From assembly GCA_947476215.1 (NCBI GenBank), contig CANJQI010000002.1, positions 10,119 through 74,118 of the forward strand: DNA of 64,000 nucleotides, in the 5' to 3' direction. Below, in pieces: positions 38,581-47,851 of this stretch (the first letter of the stretch is position 1; every line of letters begins with the position of its first letter). Source of the stretch: Betaproteobacteria bacterium (lineage in GTDB: Bacteria; Pseudomonadota; Gammaproteobacteria; Burkholderiales; SG8-41). The notes under the pieces were generated by a model. It was not told the origin of the DNA. It was given only the letters and a program-made list of their open reading frames with translations, and searched no databases. Made by a program: the position numbers and the translations under genes.

Positions 38581-38720
38581 GGAACCTCTGAAGTACCGTA
38601 GCGAGCGGCGTGAGTGCGAGGCGCACGGCGCGCAGGAGCCGAGACATATCAGATAGATAGGCGAGGTTCCGGGCAACGAAGCAATCGCGCCGCGCAGTAG
38701 GTAATTCAGAGGTTCCTTAA
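38577..38720. repeat. 144-bp element bounded by perfect 16-bp inverted repeats (TTAAGGAACCTCTGAA / TTCAGAGGTTCCTTAA)
   Basis: Arms at 38577-38592 and 38705-38720 embrace both convergent stop codons. An internal copy of GAGGTTCC sits at 38663-38670. There is also an internal stem CGGCGCG/CGCGCCG. Confidence 0.7.
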
Positions 38721-39424
38721 GCCGCGAGCCCGCGCGTCCAGCATTCGTAAACACCATCGGCGGCGCGGTGCAGATCGGCGAGTCGCCGCTCCAAATCGAA
38801 CTTGATCGCATCCACGACCTGTACGGCAGGGCTGGTGCTGCGCTCGATTTCACGCACGCCGGTTGCGCACCAGCTATCAACGATCTCGCGCGTCATCTCG
38901 ATATGGCACTGCATGGCCAGGTGCTTGCCGATCGCGAATGCCTGATTTTCGCAATGGGCGTTGGACAACACGCGCTGTGAACCGGGTGGCAGACTAAAGG
39001 TTTCACCATGCCAGTGAAACGAAAGAAACGACGGCCGGACGTGATGGAACCAAGATTCTGCCTCGGCATGGCCCTGCACGTGGACCTCGCCCCAGCCTAT
39101 TTCCTTGATCGCGTTGCGGGTAACAACACCGCCCAATGCCTTGGCCATCAGTTGTCCACCCAGGCAATGCCCGAGAACCGGCACATCCGCGGCCACGCCT
39201 GCGCGGATCAATTCGAGCACCGGCGCGATCCACGGCAGATCATCGTTAACGCTCATCGGACCGCCCATGAACACCAGACCGGAAAATAATTGAGGATCCC
39301 GCGGCACGGCGTCGCCTTCATCTATGCGCACCAGACGCCACGGAATCCCGCGACGATCGAGATACGTGGCAAAATATCCGGCGCCTTCATTCAGCGTGTG
39401 CCTGAAAATTGCGATTGGCTTCAT
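38717..39424 (-). CDS. class I glutamine amidotransferase-like protein
   Basis: 235 aa with a nucleophile elbow LGHCLGGQ, and HWH...E further on. GuaA-GATase-like stand-alone domain. Confidence 0.8.
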   Translation of the reverse strand: MKPIAIFRHTLNEGAGYFATYLDRRGIPWRLVRIDEGDAVPRDPQLFSGLVFMGGPMSVNDDLPWIAPVLELIRAGVAADVPVLGHCLGGQLMAKALGGVVTRNAIKEIGWGEVHVQGHAEAESWFHHVRPSFLSFHWHGETFSLPPGSQRVLSNAHCENQAFAIGKHLAMQCHIEMTREIVDSWCATGVREIERSTSPAVQVVDAIKFDLERRLADLHRAADGVYECWTRGLAA

Positions 39425-39436
39425 AGGCGATTAACG

Positions 39437-40096
39437 ATGTTCACCATCCTGCATCATACTTTAGCCGCGCTGCTTTTTCTATTGCTGGCTAACGGCGCCG
39501 TGGCCGCGGATGTAAACCTGAACGGCGTCGTCGGCAACAAGGCATTGATCGTGATAGACGGTGGAAAACCACTCTGGCTCAATGTCGGCGAAAGGTCGCC
39601 TGCCGGAGTGAAGCTGGTCAGCATCAGCGGTCAATCAGCCGTTCTGGAGTTTGACGGCAAGCGCGAGACACTGACCATGGGACAATACGCGCGCCTCGCG
39701 AGCGGAGCGCGTGCGTCATCGGGTACGCAGAGCGTGACGCTGAACGCGGACAGCCGCGGGCACTTTGTCACGACCGCGATGATCAACGGGGCCACGGTGC
39801 GGGTTCTGGTGGATACCGGGGCATCGCTGATTTCCATGAGCAGCAACGACGCCCGGCGTCTGGGCATCAACTATGAAGCGGGCCAGCGGACATTCAGTTC
39901 GACCGCCAACGGCGTGGTGCCCACCTATCGCGTCAAACTCGACGAAGTGCGCTTGGGCGACATTACGGTCAACAATGTCGATGGCATGGTGCACGCCGGC
40001 AACGCTCTGCCCATAGTACTGCTCGGCATGAGCTTCCTGAACCGCATGGAAATGAAACGCGATGGCGACCAAATGACACTCACCAAAAGGTTTTAG
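39437..40096 (+). CDS. retropepsin-like (clan AA, TIGR02281-type) aspartic protease with signal/anchor
   Basis: The internal ATG at 39437 gives a hydrophobic N-terminus (LAALLFLLLANGAVA) and the catalytic VLVDTGASLISMS. Confidence 0.75.
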   Translation: MFTILHHTLAALLFLLLANGAVAADVNLNGVVGNKALIVIDGGKPLWLNVGERSPAGVKLVSISGQSAVLEFDGKRETLTMGQYARLASGARASSGTQSVTLNADSRGHFVTTAMINGATVRVLVDTGASLISMSSNDARRLGINYEAGQRTFSSTANGVVPTYRVKLDEVRLGDITVNNVDGMVHAGNALPIVLLGMSFLNRMEMKRDGDQMTLTKRF

Positions 40097-40128
40097 TGCT
40101 CCGGCGCACAAGTTTCGAAGCACTAACC

Positions 40129-41100
40129 ATGCGCATCGCATACCCATTGCATCTGCCCGCACTCATGCTGACGGTGGGCGTCACGGTGACATGGACGTGT
40201 GCGGGCACCGCCCAGGAATATCCCGTCAAACCCGTGCGCATCGTCGCCATAGGTCCCGGCGGCACGGTCGATTTCGCGGCGCGTCTGATTGCCCAGGGTC
40301 TGGCAGCCCATCTGGGGCAGCAGGTGGTCGTGGAAAACCGGCCGAGCGGCGTCATACCTGGCGACATCGTCGCCAAATCCGCACCCGACGGATATACCTT
40401 GCTGGTGTCCGGCGGCAATCACTGGACACTGCCGCTACTGCAGTCCGCGCCATACGACGCGATCAAGGATTTTGCGCCGATCTCGCTGACCAATGCCGCG
40501 CCAAATCTGCTGGTGTTACACGTATCGCTGCCGGTCAAATCCGTTCGGGAACTGATCGCACTCGCCAAGGCAAGGCCTGGGGAGCTTAACTATTCGTCCG
40601 CCGGTACGGGCTCCACGTCCCATCTTGCCGGTGCGATGTTCAATTACCTGGCCGGCGTCAATATAGTGCGCGTGCCCTATTCCAACGGTTCGGCACGCAT
40701 GGCGGCATTGATCGGCGGCGAAATGCAGCTGGAATTCTCCACCGCCGGTTCGGTAGCGCCGTATCTCAAGTCCGGCAGACTCAGATTGATCGCGGTCACC
40801 AGTGCCGCACCTTCCGCGCTGTTCCCCGATGTCCCCACGGTGGCGTCGTCCGGCGTGGCAGGATACGAAACTGTCCAAATGTCCGGGCTATGGGCGCCGG
40901 CCCGCACACCGGTCGCCGTTATCGATCGGCTGAATCAGGACATCGTGCGTTATCTAGGTACCCAGGCAGCCAAGGACGCATTCATGAAGGCTGGCGTGGA
41001 AACCGTGGGCAGCACACCGGAACAATTTGCCGCCACCATCAAAGCCGACGTGGCGAGGCTGGAAAAAGTCATCAAGGCTGCCGGTATCAGACCCGACTGA
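40129..41100 (+). CDS. Bug/TctC-family substrate-binding protein (orphan)
   Basis: Signal peptide, YPVKPVRIV, PDGYTLL, ARPGELNYSSAGTGSTSHL. A GTG at 40096 is an alternative start. Confidence 0.85.
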   Translation: MRIAYPLHLPALMLTVGVTVTWTCAGTAQEYPVKPVRIVAIGPGGTVDFAARLIAQGLAAHLGQQVVVENRPSGVIPGDIVAKSAPDGYTLLVSGGNHWTLPLLQSAPYDAIKDFAPISLTNAAPNLLVLHVSLPVKSVRELIALAKARPGELNYSSAGTGSTSHLAGAMFNYLAGVNIVRVPYSNGSARMAALIGGEMQLEFSTAGSVAPYLKSGRLRLIAVTSAAPSALFPDVPTVASSGVAGYETVQMSGLWAPARTPVAVIDRLNQDIVRYLGTQAAKDAFMKAGVETVGSTPEQFAATIKADVARLEKVIKAAGIRPD

Positions 41101-41127
41101 CCATTCTAAATCCTCGATCGTCATTCC

Positions 41128-42375
41128 TCAGTCCTGCTTCTCCCCCTGCCCTACCAACGACAACAGGTGTCCGAACTTGGCGCGCTTGGTCTGCAGATAT
41201 TTGCGGTTGGCCTTGCGCGGCGCAACTTCAAGAGACACACGCTCGGTCACCTTGAGACCGTATTCCTCGAGCGCTTTCACCTTGTCGGGATTGTTCGTCA
41301 TCAATCGCACCTGGCGCACGCCCAGATCAAACAGTATGTGCGCGCCGGTCTTGAAATCACGCATGTCGGCGGCAAAACCGAGGACATGATTGGCTTCGAC
41401 GGTGTCATGGCCCTGATCCTGCAGCGCATAAGCACGTATCTTGTTGAGCAGACCGATGCCGCGCCCTTCGTCAAACATATACACCACCACGCCGCTGCCG
41501 GCATGCGCTATTGCCGCCATCGCGGCTTCGAGCTGCTCACCGCAGTCGCAGCGCTCGCTGCCGAACACGTCGCCTGTCAGGCACTGCGAATGCAGCCGCA
41601 CCAGCGTCGGCGTATCGGACTTAATGCTTCCCTTGACCAGCGCCACATAGGGCGTGGTTTCAAGGTCGTCGCTATAGCCCAGCAATCTGAACTCGCCGGC
41701 TTTGCGCGTCGGCAATACGGTTTCCGACTTGCGCCGAATCTGGCGTTCGTGCCTGCGATACGCAATGAGGTCTGCGATCCGCAGTATGGGTATGTCATGG
41801 CGAGACGCCAATTTTTCGAGATCCGGCATGCGCGCCATGCTGCCGTCGTCGTTCATGATCTCGCAAATCACGCCTGCGGGCTTGAGCCCTGCCAGGCGCG
41901 CAAGATCAACCGCGGCTTCGGTGTGGCCGCGCCGGGCCAGCACGCCGCCGTCGACCGCGCGCAGGGTCTGCAGCCGTCCCGGCCGAATCAAATCGCCCGA
42001 CCGCGTATCTTCCGCGATCGCCACCGCGATAGTGCGCGCTCGGTCATGCGCCGACATACCTGAAGTCACGCCTTCGCGCGCGTCTATGGGCGTCGCGAAT
42101 GCAGTACCGAAACGCGTCGAGTTCCCGTTGTCGTCGGCGATCAATGCCAGTCCGAGTTCGCGCATGCGCTCCTCGATCAATGCCAGCGAAACCAGTCCGC
42201 GCGCGTGCGTAGCCATGAAATTAACGGTTTCCGGCGTGGCGCGTTCGGCCGCAACGAACAAATCGCCCTCGTTTTCCCTGTCCTCGTCGTCGACGAGTAT
42301 GATCATGCGGCCTTTGCGCACCTCGGGCAGCAACCGTTCGACGATCAATTCACTGGTTTTTCCGGCGTCTGCCAT
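41128..42375 (-). CDS. ribBA: bifunctional 3,4-dihydroxy-2-butanone-4-phosphate synthase / GTP cyclohydrolase II
   Basis: 415 aa with DDEDRENEGDL (RibB) and RLHSQCLTGDVFGSERCDCG (RibA zinc site). Confidence 0.95.
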   Translation of the reverse strand: MADAGKTSELIVERLLPEVRKGRMIILVDDEDRENEGDLFVAAERATPETVNFMATHARGLVSLALIEERMRELGLALIADDNGNSTRFGTAFATPIDAREGVTSGMSAHDRARTIAVAIAEDTRSGDLIRPGRLQTLRAVDGGVLARRGHTEAAVDLARLAGLKPAGVICEIMNDDGSMARMPDLEKLASRHDIPILRIADLIAYRRHERQIRRKSETVLPTRKAGEFRLLGYSDDLETTPYVALVKGSIKSDTPTLVRLHSQCLTGDVFGSERCDCGEQLEAAMAAIAHAGSGVVVYMFDEGRGIGLLNKIRAYALQDQGHDTVEANHVLGFAADMRDFKTGAHILFDLGVRQVRLMTNNPDKVKALEEYGLKVTERVSLEVAPRKANRKYLQTKRAKFGHLLSLVGQGEKQD

Positions 42376-42405
42376 ATCTGTTGATTCAGCGAGGGGGTGC
42401 GGGGA

Positions 42406-43044
42406 CTAAGCCGTTGACGAAATCAGGCGAAGAAACTCGGCGCGCGTGCGCTCCTGTTCGAATTCGCCCGTGAACGCCGACGTTGTCGCCACGGAATGCT
42501 GTTTCTGAATGCCGCGCATGATCATGCACAGGTGTTGCGCTTCGATTACCACCGCCACCCCCAGCGGCTGCAACGTGTCCTGTAGGCAATTGCGTATTTC
42601 CACCGTCAGACGCTCCTGAACCTGAAGGCGGCGCGCGTAGGCATCCACCACGCGGGGAATCTTGGACAGTCCGACGATCTGCCCATTCGGAATGTATGCG
42701 ATATGCGCCTTGCCGAAGAACGGCAGCATATGATGTTCGCACAGCGAATACATCTCGATGTCCTTGACGATCACCATCTGCCGGTATTCTTCCTTGAACA
42801 TCGCGGAACGCAGTATGGCGGCGGGATCCAGATGGTAGCCGTGCGTCAGGAACTGCAGCGACTTGGCAACCCGCTCGGGTGTTTTCTCTAGTCCTTCGCG
42901 GGCCGGATCCTCGCCCAAATCGCCCAGGATATCGCGATACTTGGCCGCGATACGCGTGACGGTGTGCGTGTTGTACCGATCGATCTTTTCGTAACCGTCC
43001 ATGTCGTCCTTGTGACTCTCGCCGATCGTGACAGGCTTGTCCAT
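42406..43044 (-). CDS. folE: GTP cyclohydrolase I
   Basis: 212 aa with [21 protein letters not shown] and [10 protein letters not shown]. Confidence 0.95.
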   Translation of the reverse strand: MDKPVTIGESHKDDMDGYEKIDRYNTHTVTRIAAKYRDILGDLGEDPAREGLEKTPERVAKSLQFLTHGYHLDPAAILRSAMFKEEYRQMVIVKDIEMYSLCEHHMLPFFGKAHIAYIPNGQIVGLSKIPRVVDAYARRLQVQERLTVEIRNCLQDTLQPLGVAVVIEAQHLCMIMRGIQKQHSVATTSAFTGEFEQERTRAEFLRLISSTA

Positions 43045-43081
43045 GATGACCCCGGGAGAAACGCTGAATCTCCCGAGTATA

Positions 43082-44932
43082 CTACCCGGCCAGCTTCGCC
43101 CTTATCGACTTCAGAATACCGTCGCGGTCGAGCCCGCAACTCGCAAGCTGAAGCGCGGGGTCGCCGTGGTCTATGAATCGATCAGGCAGTCCCAGCAGCA
43201 GCACGGGCGCCTTGATACCACTTTTCTGCAGTGACTCAAGGACCGCGCTGCCGGCGCCGCCCATGACGGCATTCTCTTCCACCGTCACCAGCAAGTCGTG
43301 ACTGCCGGCAAGTTCGGCCACCAGCGCATCATCCAGAGGTTTTACGAATCGCATGTTGGCGACGGTGGCATCGAGCTCCTGCGCGGCGTCGAGCGCGGGT
43401 TTCACCATGCTGCCAAACGCAAGTATCGCGATTTTCTTTGACAGCAGCGCAAGCTTCTTGCCGCGGCGGCAAATTTCACCCTTGCCGAGCGGCAACGCTG
43501 CCATCTCTTTCTCAATTGCGACACCGGGCCCGGTGCCGCGTGGATATCGCACCGCGACCGGCGTATTCATCTGGAATGCCATATACAACATCTGGCGGCA
43601 TTCGTTTTCATTGGACGGCGTCATGACCGTCATGTTCGGCAAGCAGCGCAGATAAGAAATGTCGTAACTGCCGTTGTGCGTTGCACCGTCAGCGCCCACC
43701 AGCCCCGCGCGGTCGATTGCAAGCATGAGCGGCAAATTCTGTATCGTTGCGTCGTGTATCAGCTGATCGTAGGCACGCTGCAGAAAAGTCGAATAGATAG
43801 CCAGTACTGGCTTGTAGCCTTCGCATGCCAATCCCGCCGCAAAGGTCAACGCATGCTGCTCGGCAATGCCGACATCGAAATAACGATCCGGATACAGTTC
43901 CGAAAAACGCACCAGGCCGGATCCCTCGCGCATCGCCGGCGTAATTCCCACGAGGCGTTTGTCCTTCTCGGCCATGTCACACATCCAATCGCCGAAAATC
44001 TGAGTGTAGGTCGGTTTGCCGCCAGTTTTGGCGCCGACGATACCGTTGCTCGCGTCGAATTTGGATACGCCGTGATACAGAACCGGATCCGCTTCCGCGA
44101 GCTTATAGCCCTGCCCCTTCCGGGTCACGACATGCAGGAATTGCGGCCCCTTCAGCGCACTGATGTTCTTCAGTGTCGGTATCAGCGCATCGAGATCGTG
44201 ACCGTCTATGGGACCTATGTAGTTGAATCCGAATTCCTCGAACATGGTTCCGGGGGTGACCATGCCCTTGACGTGCTCCTCGGCGCGCTTGGCGAAATCC
44301 CCCAACACTTTGGTGCCGGCACGTTTGGCGGCCGCATAAAACCGTCCCGACATCAACTTCGCCAGGTATTTGTTGAGCGCACCCACGGGCGGCGATATCG
44401 ACATGTCGTTATCGTTAAGTATCACCAGCATATTGGTGTCGGCATCGCCGGCATTGTTCAATGCCTCAAACGCCATGCCGGCGCTCATCGCGCCGTCGCC
44501 GATAATCGCCACCACGTTGCGCCGGATACCCGCCAGTCTGGACGCGGCCGCCATGCCGAACGCCGCGCTGATAGACGTGCTCGAGTGCGCGGTGCCGAAG
44601 GTATCGTAGACGCTCTCGTCACGCCGCGGAAATCCCGATATGCCCTCCCACATGCGGAGTTTCTGCATGCCGGCGCGCCTGCCAGTCAGAATTTTGTGTC
44701 CATAGGTCTGGTGACCCACGTCCCAAACCAGCCTGTCATGCGGAGTGTCAAAAACGTAGTGCAGTGCAATCGTGAGTTCAACCGTGCCCAAATTCGACGA
44801 CAAATGGCCACCCGTCTGACTCACCGAATCCACCAGAAACTGCCGCAGTTCGCGGGCGAGCTGCGGCAATTGCCTGCGGTCCAGGGCGCGCAGTTCACGC
44901 GGATCGTTGATGGTGGTGAGCAGTTCGTACAT
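43082..44932 (-). CDS. dxs: 1-deoxy-D-xylulose-5-phosphate synthase
   Basis: The internal ATG at 44932 gives [26 protein letters not shown], with the TPP motif [15 protein letters not shown]. The track ORF is extended to 44989. Confidence 0.95.
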   Translation of the reverse strand: MYELLTTINDPRELRALDRRQLPQLARELRQFLVDSVSQTGGHLSSNLGTVELTIALHYVFDTPHDRLVWDVGHQTYGHKILTGRRAGMQKLRMWEGISGFPRRDESVYDTFGTAHSSTSISAAFGMAAASRLAGIRRNVVAIIGDGAMSAGMAFEALNNAGDADTNMLVILNDNDMSISPPVGALNKYLAKLMSGRFYAAAKRAGTKVLGDFAKRAEEHVKGMVTPGTMFEEFGFNYIGPIDGHDLDALIPTLKNISALKGPQFLHVVTRKGQGYKLAEADPVLYHGVSKFDASNGIVGAKTGGKPTYTQIFGDWMCDMAEKDKRLVGITPAMREGSGLVRFSELYPDRYFDVGIAEQHALTFAAGLACEGYKPVLAIYSTFLQRAYDQLIHDATIQNLPLMLAIDRAGLVGADGATHNGSYDISYLRCLPNMTVMTPSNENECRQMLYMAFQMNTPVAVRYPRGTGPGVAIEKEMAALPLGKGEICRRGKKLALLSKKIAILAFGSMVKPALDAAQELDATVANMRFVKPLDDALVAELAGSHDLLVTVEENAVMGGAGSAVLESLQKSGIKAPVLLLGLPDRFIDHGDPALQLASCGLDRDGILKSIRAKLAG

Positions 44933-45006
44933 TTCAGTTTGCGGCAAAGACAACCGTGGGTATCCACAATACCAAGACACGCAACGCACAGCGCGGCTTC
45001 GCTACA

Positions 45007-45024
45007 GTATTGCAATACAATACT
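45007..45024. promoter_or_regulatory. perfect 12-bp palindrome GTATTGCAATAC plus AATACT in the AT-rich dxs upstream region
   Basis: Read directly at 45007-45018 (self-complementary). It lies 75-90 nt upstream of the dxs start, in the only AT-rich stretch between ispA and dxs. Confidence 0.35.
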
Positions 45025-45067
45025 TTGATTTTATTATTGTTTTTCAACTTTCTACCATAACATAACT

Positions 45068-45973
45068 CTAGAACTTCCGCATCACAACAAAGTCCGCCAG
45101 CTGGCGCAGGCGTAGTGCGCGTTCGCCAAATCCATCGAGCGCCGCAAGCGCATCCTGATGCAGTTGGGTAGCCAGTTTCCTGGCCTCGCCCACACCCAGC
45201 GCGCTCACATAAGTCGGTTTATTGTTTTGCGCATCCTTGCCGGCCGTCTTGCCCAGCGTCGCGGTCGTGGCCTCCGCATCCAGCACGTCATCGATCACCT
45301 GAAATGCCAGGCCTATGCATTTCGCGAAATGATCGAGTTTGTGCAATTCTGCGTCGGCAAGCGCAGTCCCGCAACGCGCGCCGAGCAGAGTCGCGGCACG
45401 GATAATGGCGCCGGTTTTATGGATATGCATGAACTCAAGCTCAGGCAGTGTCAGGGACTTCCCGATCGCGGCAAGGTCTATCGCCTGGCCTCCGGCCATG
45501 CCGCGCGAACCGGATGCCGCAGCCAGCAGCCGTACCATTTCCAGCTGCGCCGACGCATCGTCGGTCAGGCAATTTTCGGCCAGCACCTGGAACGCGAGGC
45601 TCTGCAACGCATCGCCCACCAGCAACGCGGTCGCCTCATCAAACTCCACGTGACAAGTCGGCCGGCCGCGCCGCAGCACGTCATCGTCCATGCACGGCAG
45701 ATCATCGTGCACCAGTGAGTAGGCATGGATCAATTCCACCGCCCCGCCTGCCAAGGCGACGCGCCCCGGACCCGCTTCGGTTAACTCGCCCGCGGCAAAA
45801 GCCAGCAACGGTCGCACGCGCTTGCCGGCACCCAGCACCGCATAGCGCATAGCCTGGTGCAGACGCTGCGGGGCGAGGTCCGCGGAGGGCAACAAGGTCT
45901 GCAGCCGCGCTTCGATACGCTGCTGTCCGACGCTCGCCCAGTGCTGGAAATCACCCGTGATCTTGGTTGTCAT
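45068..45973 (-). CDS. ispA: farnesyl diphosphate synthase
   Basis: FARM LVHDDLPCMDDD and SARM FQVIDDVLD. The start at 45973 (MTTKITGDFQHW) is chosen by similarity to IspA N-termini. ATGs at 45976 and 45988 are alternatives. Confidence 0.9.
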   Translation of the reverse strand: MTTKITGDFQHWASVGQQRIEARLQTLLPSADLAPQRLHQAMRYAVLGAGKRVRPLLAFAAGELTEAGPGRVALAGGAVELIHAYSLVHDDLPCMDDDVLRRGRPTCHVEFDEATALLVGDALQSLAFQVLAENCLTDDASAQLEMVRLLAAASGSRGMAGGQAIDLAAIGKSLTLPELEFMHIHKTGAIIRAATLLGARCGTALADAELHKLDHFAKCIGLAFQVIDDVLDAEATTATLGKTAGKDAQNNKPTYVSALGVGEARKLATQLHQDALAALDGFGERALRLRQLADFVVMRKF

Positions 45974-46247
45974 CATGACCGGCAACATTTTGCAGAGCGC
46001 CGGCTTCGAGAACCTTGACCTGCTGCTGCGCATCCGCAAGCTGCGCCTGACAGTATTTGAGCAGTTCGGCGCCGCGTTTGTAGGCGTTCAGGGAGTTTTC
46101 CAGCGAGAGTTGCCCACCCTCCATGCGTGTCACGATATTTTCAAGCTCGGCAAGCGCACTCTCAAACGTAGGGCCATGCTCCAATTTTGTAGTCTTAGGC
46201 ACCTGGATCGCCACCGCGTCGGGAAACGGCGAACATAGCGCAATCAT
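45951..46247 (-). CDS. xseB: exodeoxyribonuclease VII small subunit
   Basis: FESALAELENIVTRMEGGQLSLENSLNAYKRGAELLKYCQ is the XseB core. The start is uncertain (ATG 46247 or a later GTG). It overlaps the ispA start. Confidence 0.85.
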   Translation of the reverse strand: MIALCSPFPDAVAIQVPKTTKLEHGPTFESALAELENIVTRMEGGQLSLENSLNAYKRGAELLKYCQAQLADAQQQVKVLEAGALQNVAGHDDNQDHG

Positions 46248-46505
46248 AGGGTTGCGGTCAATGCAAAAAAGGCGGCCGGTCGGATCGTGGACATGCTCCT
46301 CTGCGCGCGAACGCCGCGCCCCGCGCGTCGCACCACGTCTGCACTTTACAATCGTCAATCGCACCTGCACCGCGTTGAAAAATATCGTTGCGATGTAACT
46401 TTGGCGCTGTTTTCAACGAACTACCGTGAGCCCACGCACTTCGGACCATCCCGTCTCCCTGGCGTGGCAAGATAAACCTGCGGACCGCTTCCGGGAGATC
46501 ACGGC

Positions 46506-47042
46506 ATGATCGGGATAGATGGCTCAATTCGTGCTGCACGCGTGTTTCACGTGCTGTGGCACGGCGAACGCATCGCACACGATGTCGCCGTGCGCCAGGC
46601 CGCGATATGCGACAACGCTAAAGCAGGGCGCTTTTTCACCTTGCAGGCGTCACAGGAATCGATCCATGCAACCGTGTTTCACGCCGCAACCGCAATGCTG
46701 GCGCCGCGCGCACGCATGATGCTGACAAACGCAGTGACGGCGCTGGACACCTATCGGCGGCACCTCGCACACGATCTAGAGCGGGGACATCTGGTGAGCA
46801 CCATAATCGGCCTCCAGATAGTGCTGGAAGGTCTGGGTGCGTTCACCCTCGCACACATCAATCTGGCATTGTCTCGGTACGGCGCCCGCTTTGCGCCTTA
46901 CAAGCGCTTGCTCGAACAACAGGAAGATACGCATCACGCGTTCGGCTGCCGCTGGCTGGCGCACAAGGACGCTGCGTCGATAACACGAATGGCCGCGGAT
47001 GCGCGACGGTATTTTGAGCTGGCGGTGCGACGTGATCGGTGA
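46506..47042 (+). CDS. small ferritin-like diiron-carboxylate protein, family unassigned
   Basis: 178 aa, predicted helical. The ligand pattern E (GERIA) ... ExxH (QESIH) ... E (LEGLG) ... ExxH (QEDTHH) has the order and spacing of four-helix-bundle diiron enzymes. Confidence 0.5.
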   Translation: MIGIDGSIRAARVFHVLWHGERIAHDVAVRQAAICDNAKAGRFFTLQASQESIHATVFHAATAMLAPRARMMLTNAVTALDTYRRHLAHDLERGHLVSTIIGLQIVLEGLGAFTLAHINLALSRYGARFAPYKRLLEQQEDTHHAFGCRWLAHKDAASITRMAADARRYFELAVRRDR

Positions 47043-47138
47043 CAGCGAAGACCTGTTCTGTTATGGCATCAGCAAGCCCCGCGACTATCGGATCCAACTG
47101 CGCGCTGCCCTGCCGCCAGTCTTGACCCGGTACTGGAC

Positions 47139-47825
47139 ATGATCTCCATCATCATTCCCGTCCTTGACGAAGAGGCATCGTTAACATTGACGCTTGCCGC
47201 GCTGTGCGCGCTGTGCGCGCAGTGCGGTAACCACGAAGTCAACGTCGTTGAAGGCGGCAGCAGCGATCGCACCCGCGAAATCGCGGCGGCCGCATCGGCC
47301 GTGCGGCTAATATCATCGCGCCGCGGCCGCGCCGCGCAGATGAATGCCGGCGCACGCGTGGCACACGGTAACATGCTGCTGTTCCTGCATGCCGACACCT
47401 TGCTGCCACCTGACGCAATTCCCATGCTTGATGCGCTGCAAGTGCACGGGGACTGCATGTGGGGCGGATTCAAGCATCGTTTTTCCGGCAACGACTGGCG
47501 GTTGCGCCTGGTCTCACGCCTGCACAACTGGCGTTGCCGGATAAGCCGCGTGTTTTATGGCGACCAGGCGATGTTTGTGCGTACCAAAGTGTTCAATTCA
47601 CTGGGTGGCTTTCCCGAACGATCGATACTGGAAGATGTGGCCATGAGCGAAAAGCTACTCGCCGCGGCAAAACCGCTGCTGCTCAACGAACGCGTAGTGA
47701 CAGACGCGCGCAAGTTCCTCAAAATGGGCGTGTGGCGCAGCCTGCGCCGCGTCTTCGTTATCGTGCTGTGCTACCGCCTCGGACTGCCGATTCCGATGCG
47801 CCAGTTTTTCCAGCCGATACGCTGA
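47139..47825 (+). CDS. family-2 glycosyltransferase, TIGR04283-like (arsenosugar-cassette GT)
   Basis: 228 aa with ISIIIPVLDEE...VVEGGSSDRT...RGRAAQMNAGA...LLFLHADTLLP...FYGDQAMF, the pattern I associate with TIGR04283. Confidence 0.75.
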   Translation: MISIIIPVLDEEASLTLTLAALCALCAQCGNHEVNVVEGGSSDRTREIAAAASAVRLISSRRGRAAQMNAGARVAHGNMLLFLHADTLLPPDAIPMLDALQVHGDCMWGGFKHRFSGNDWRLRLVSRLHNWRCRISRVFYGDQAMFVRTKVFNSLGGFPERSILEDVAMSEKLLAAAKPLLLNERVVTDARKFLKMGVWRSLRRVFVIVLCYRLGLPIPMRQFFQPIR

Positions 47826-47851
47826 TTGTCCAACCAACCAGAAAGTCCCGC

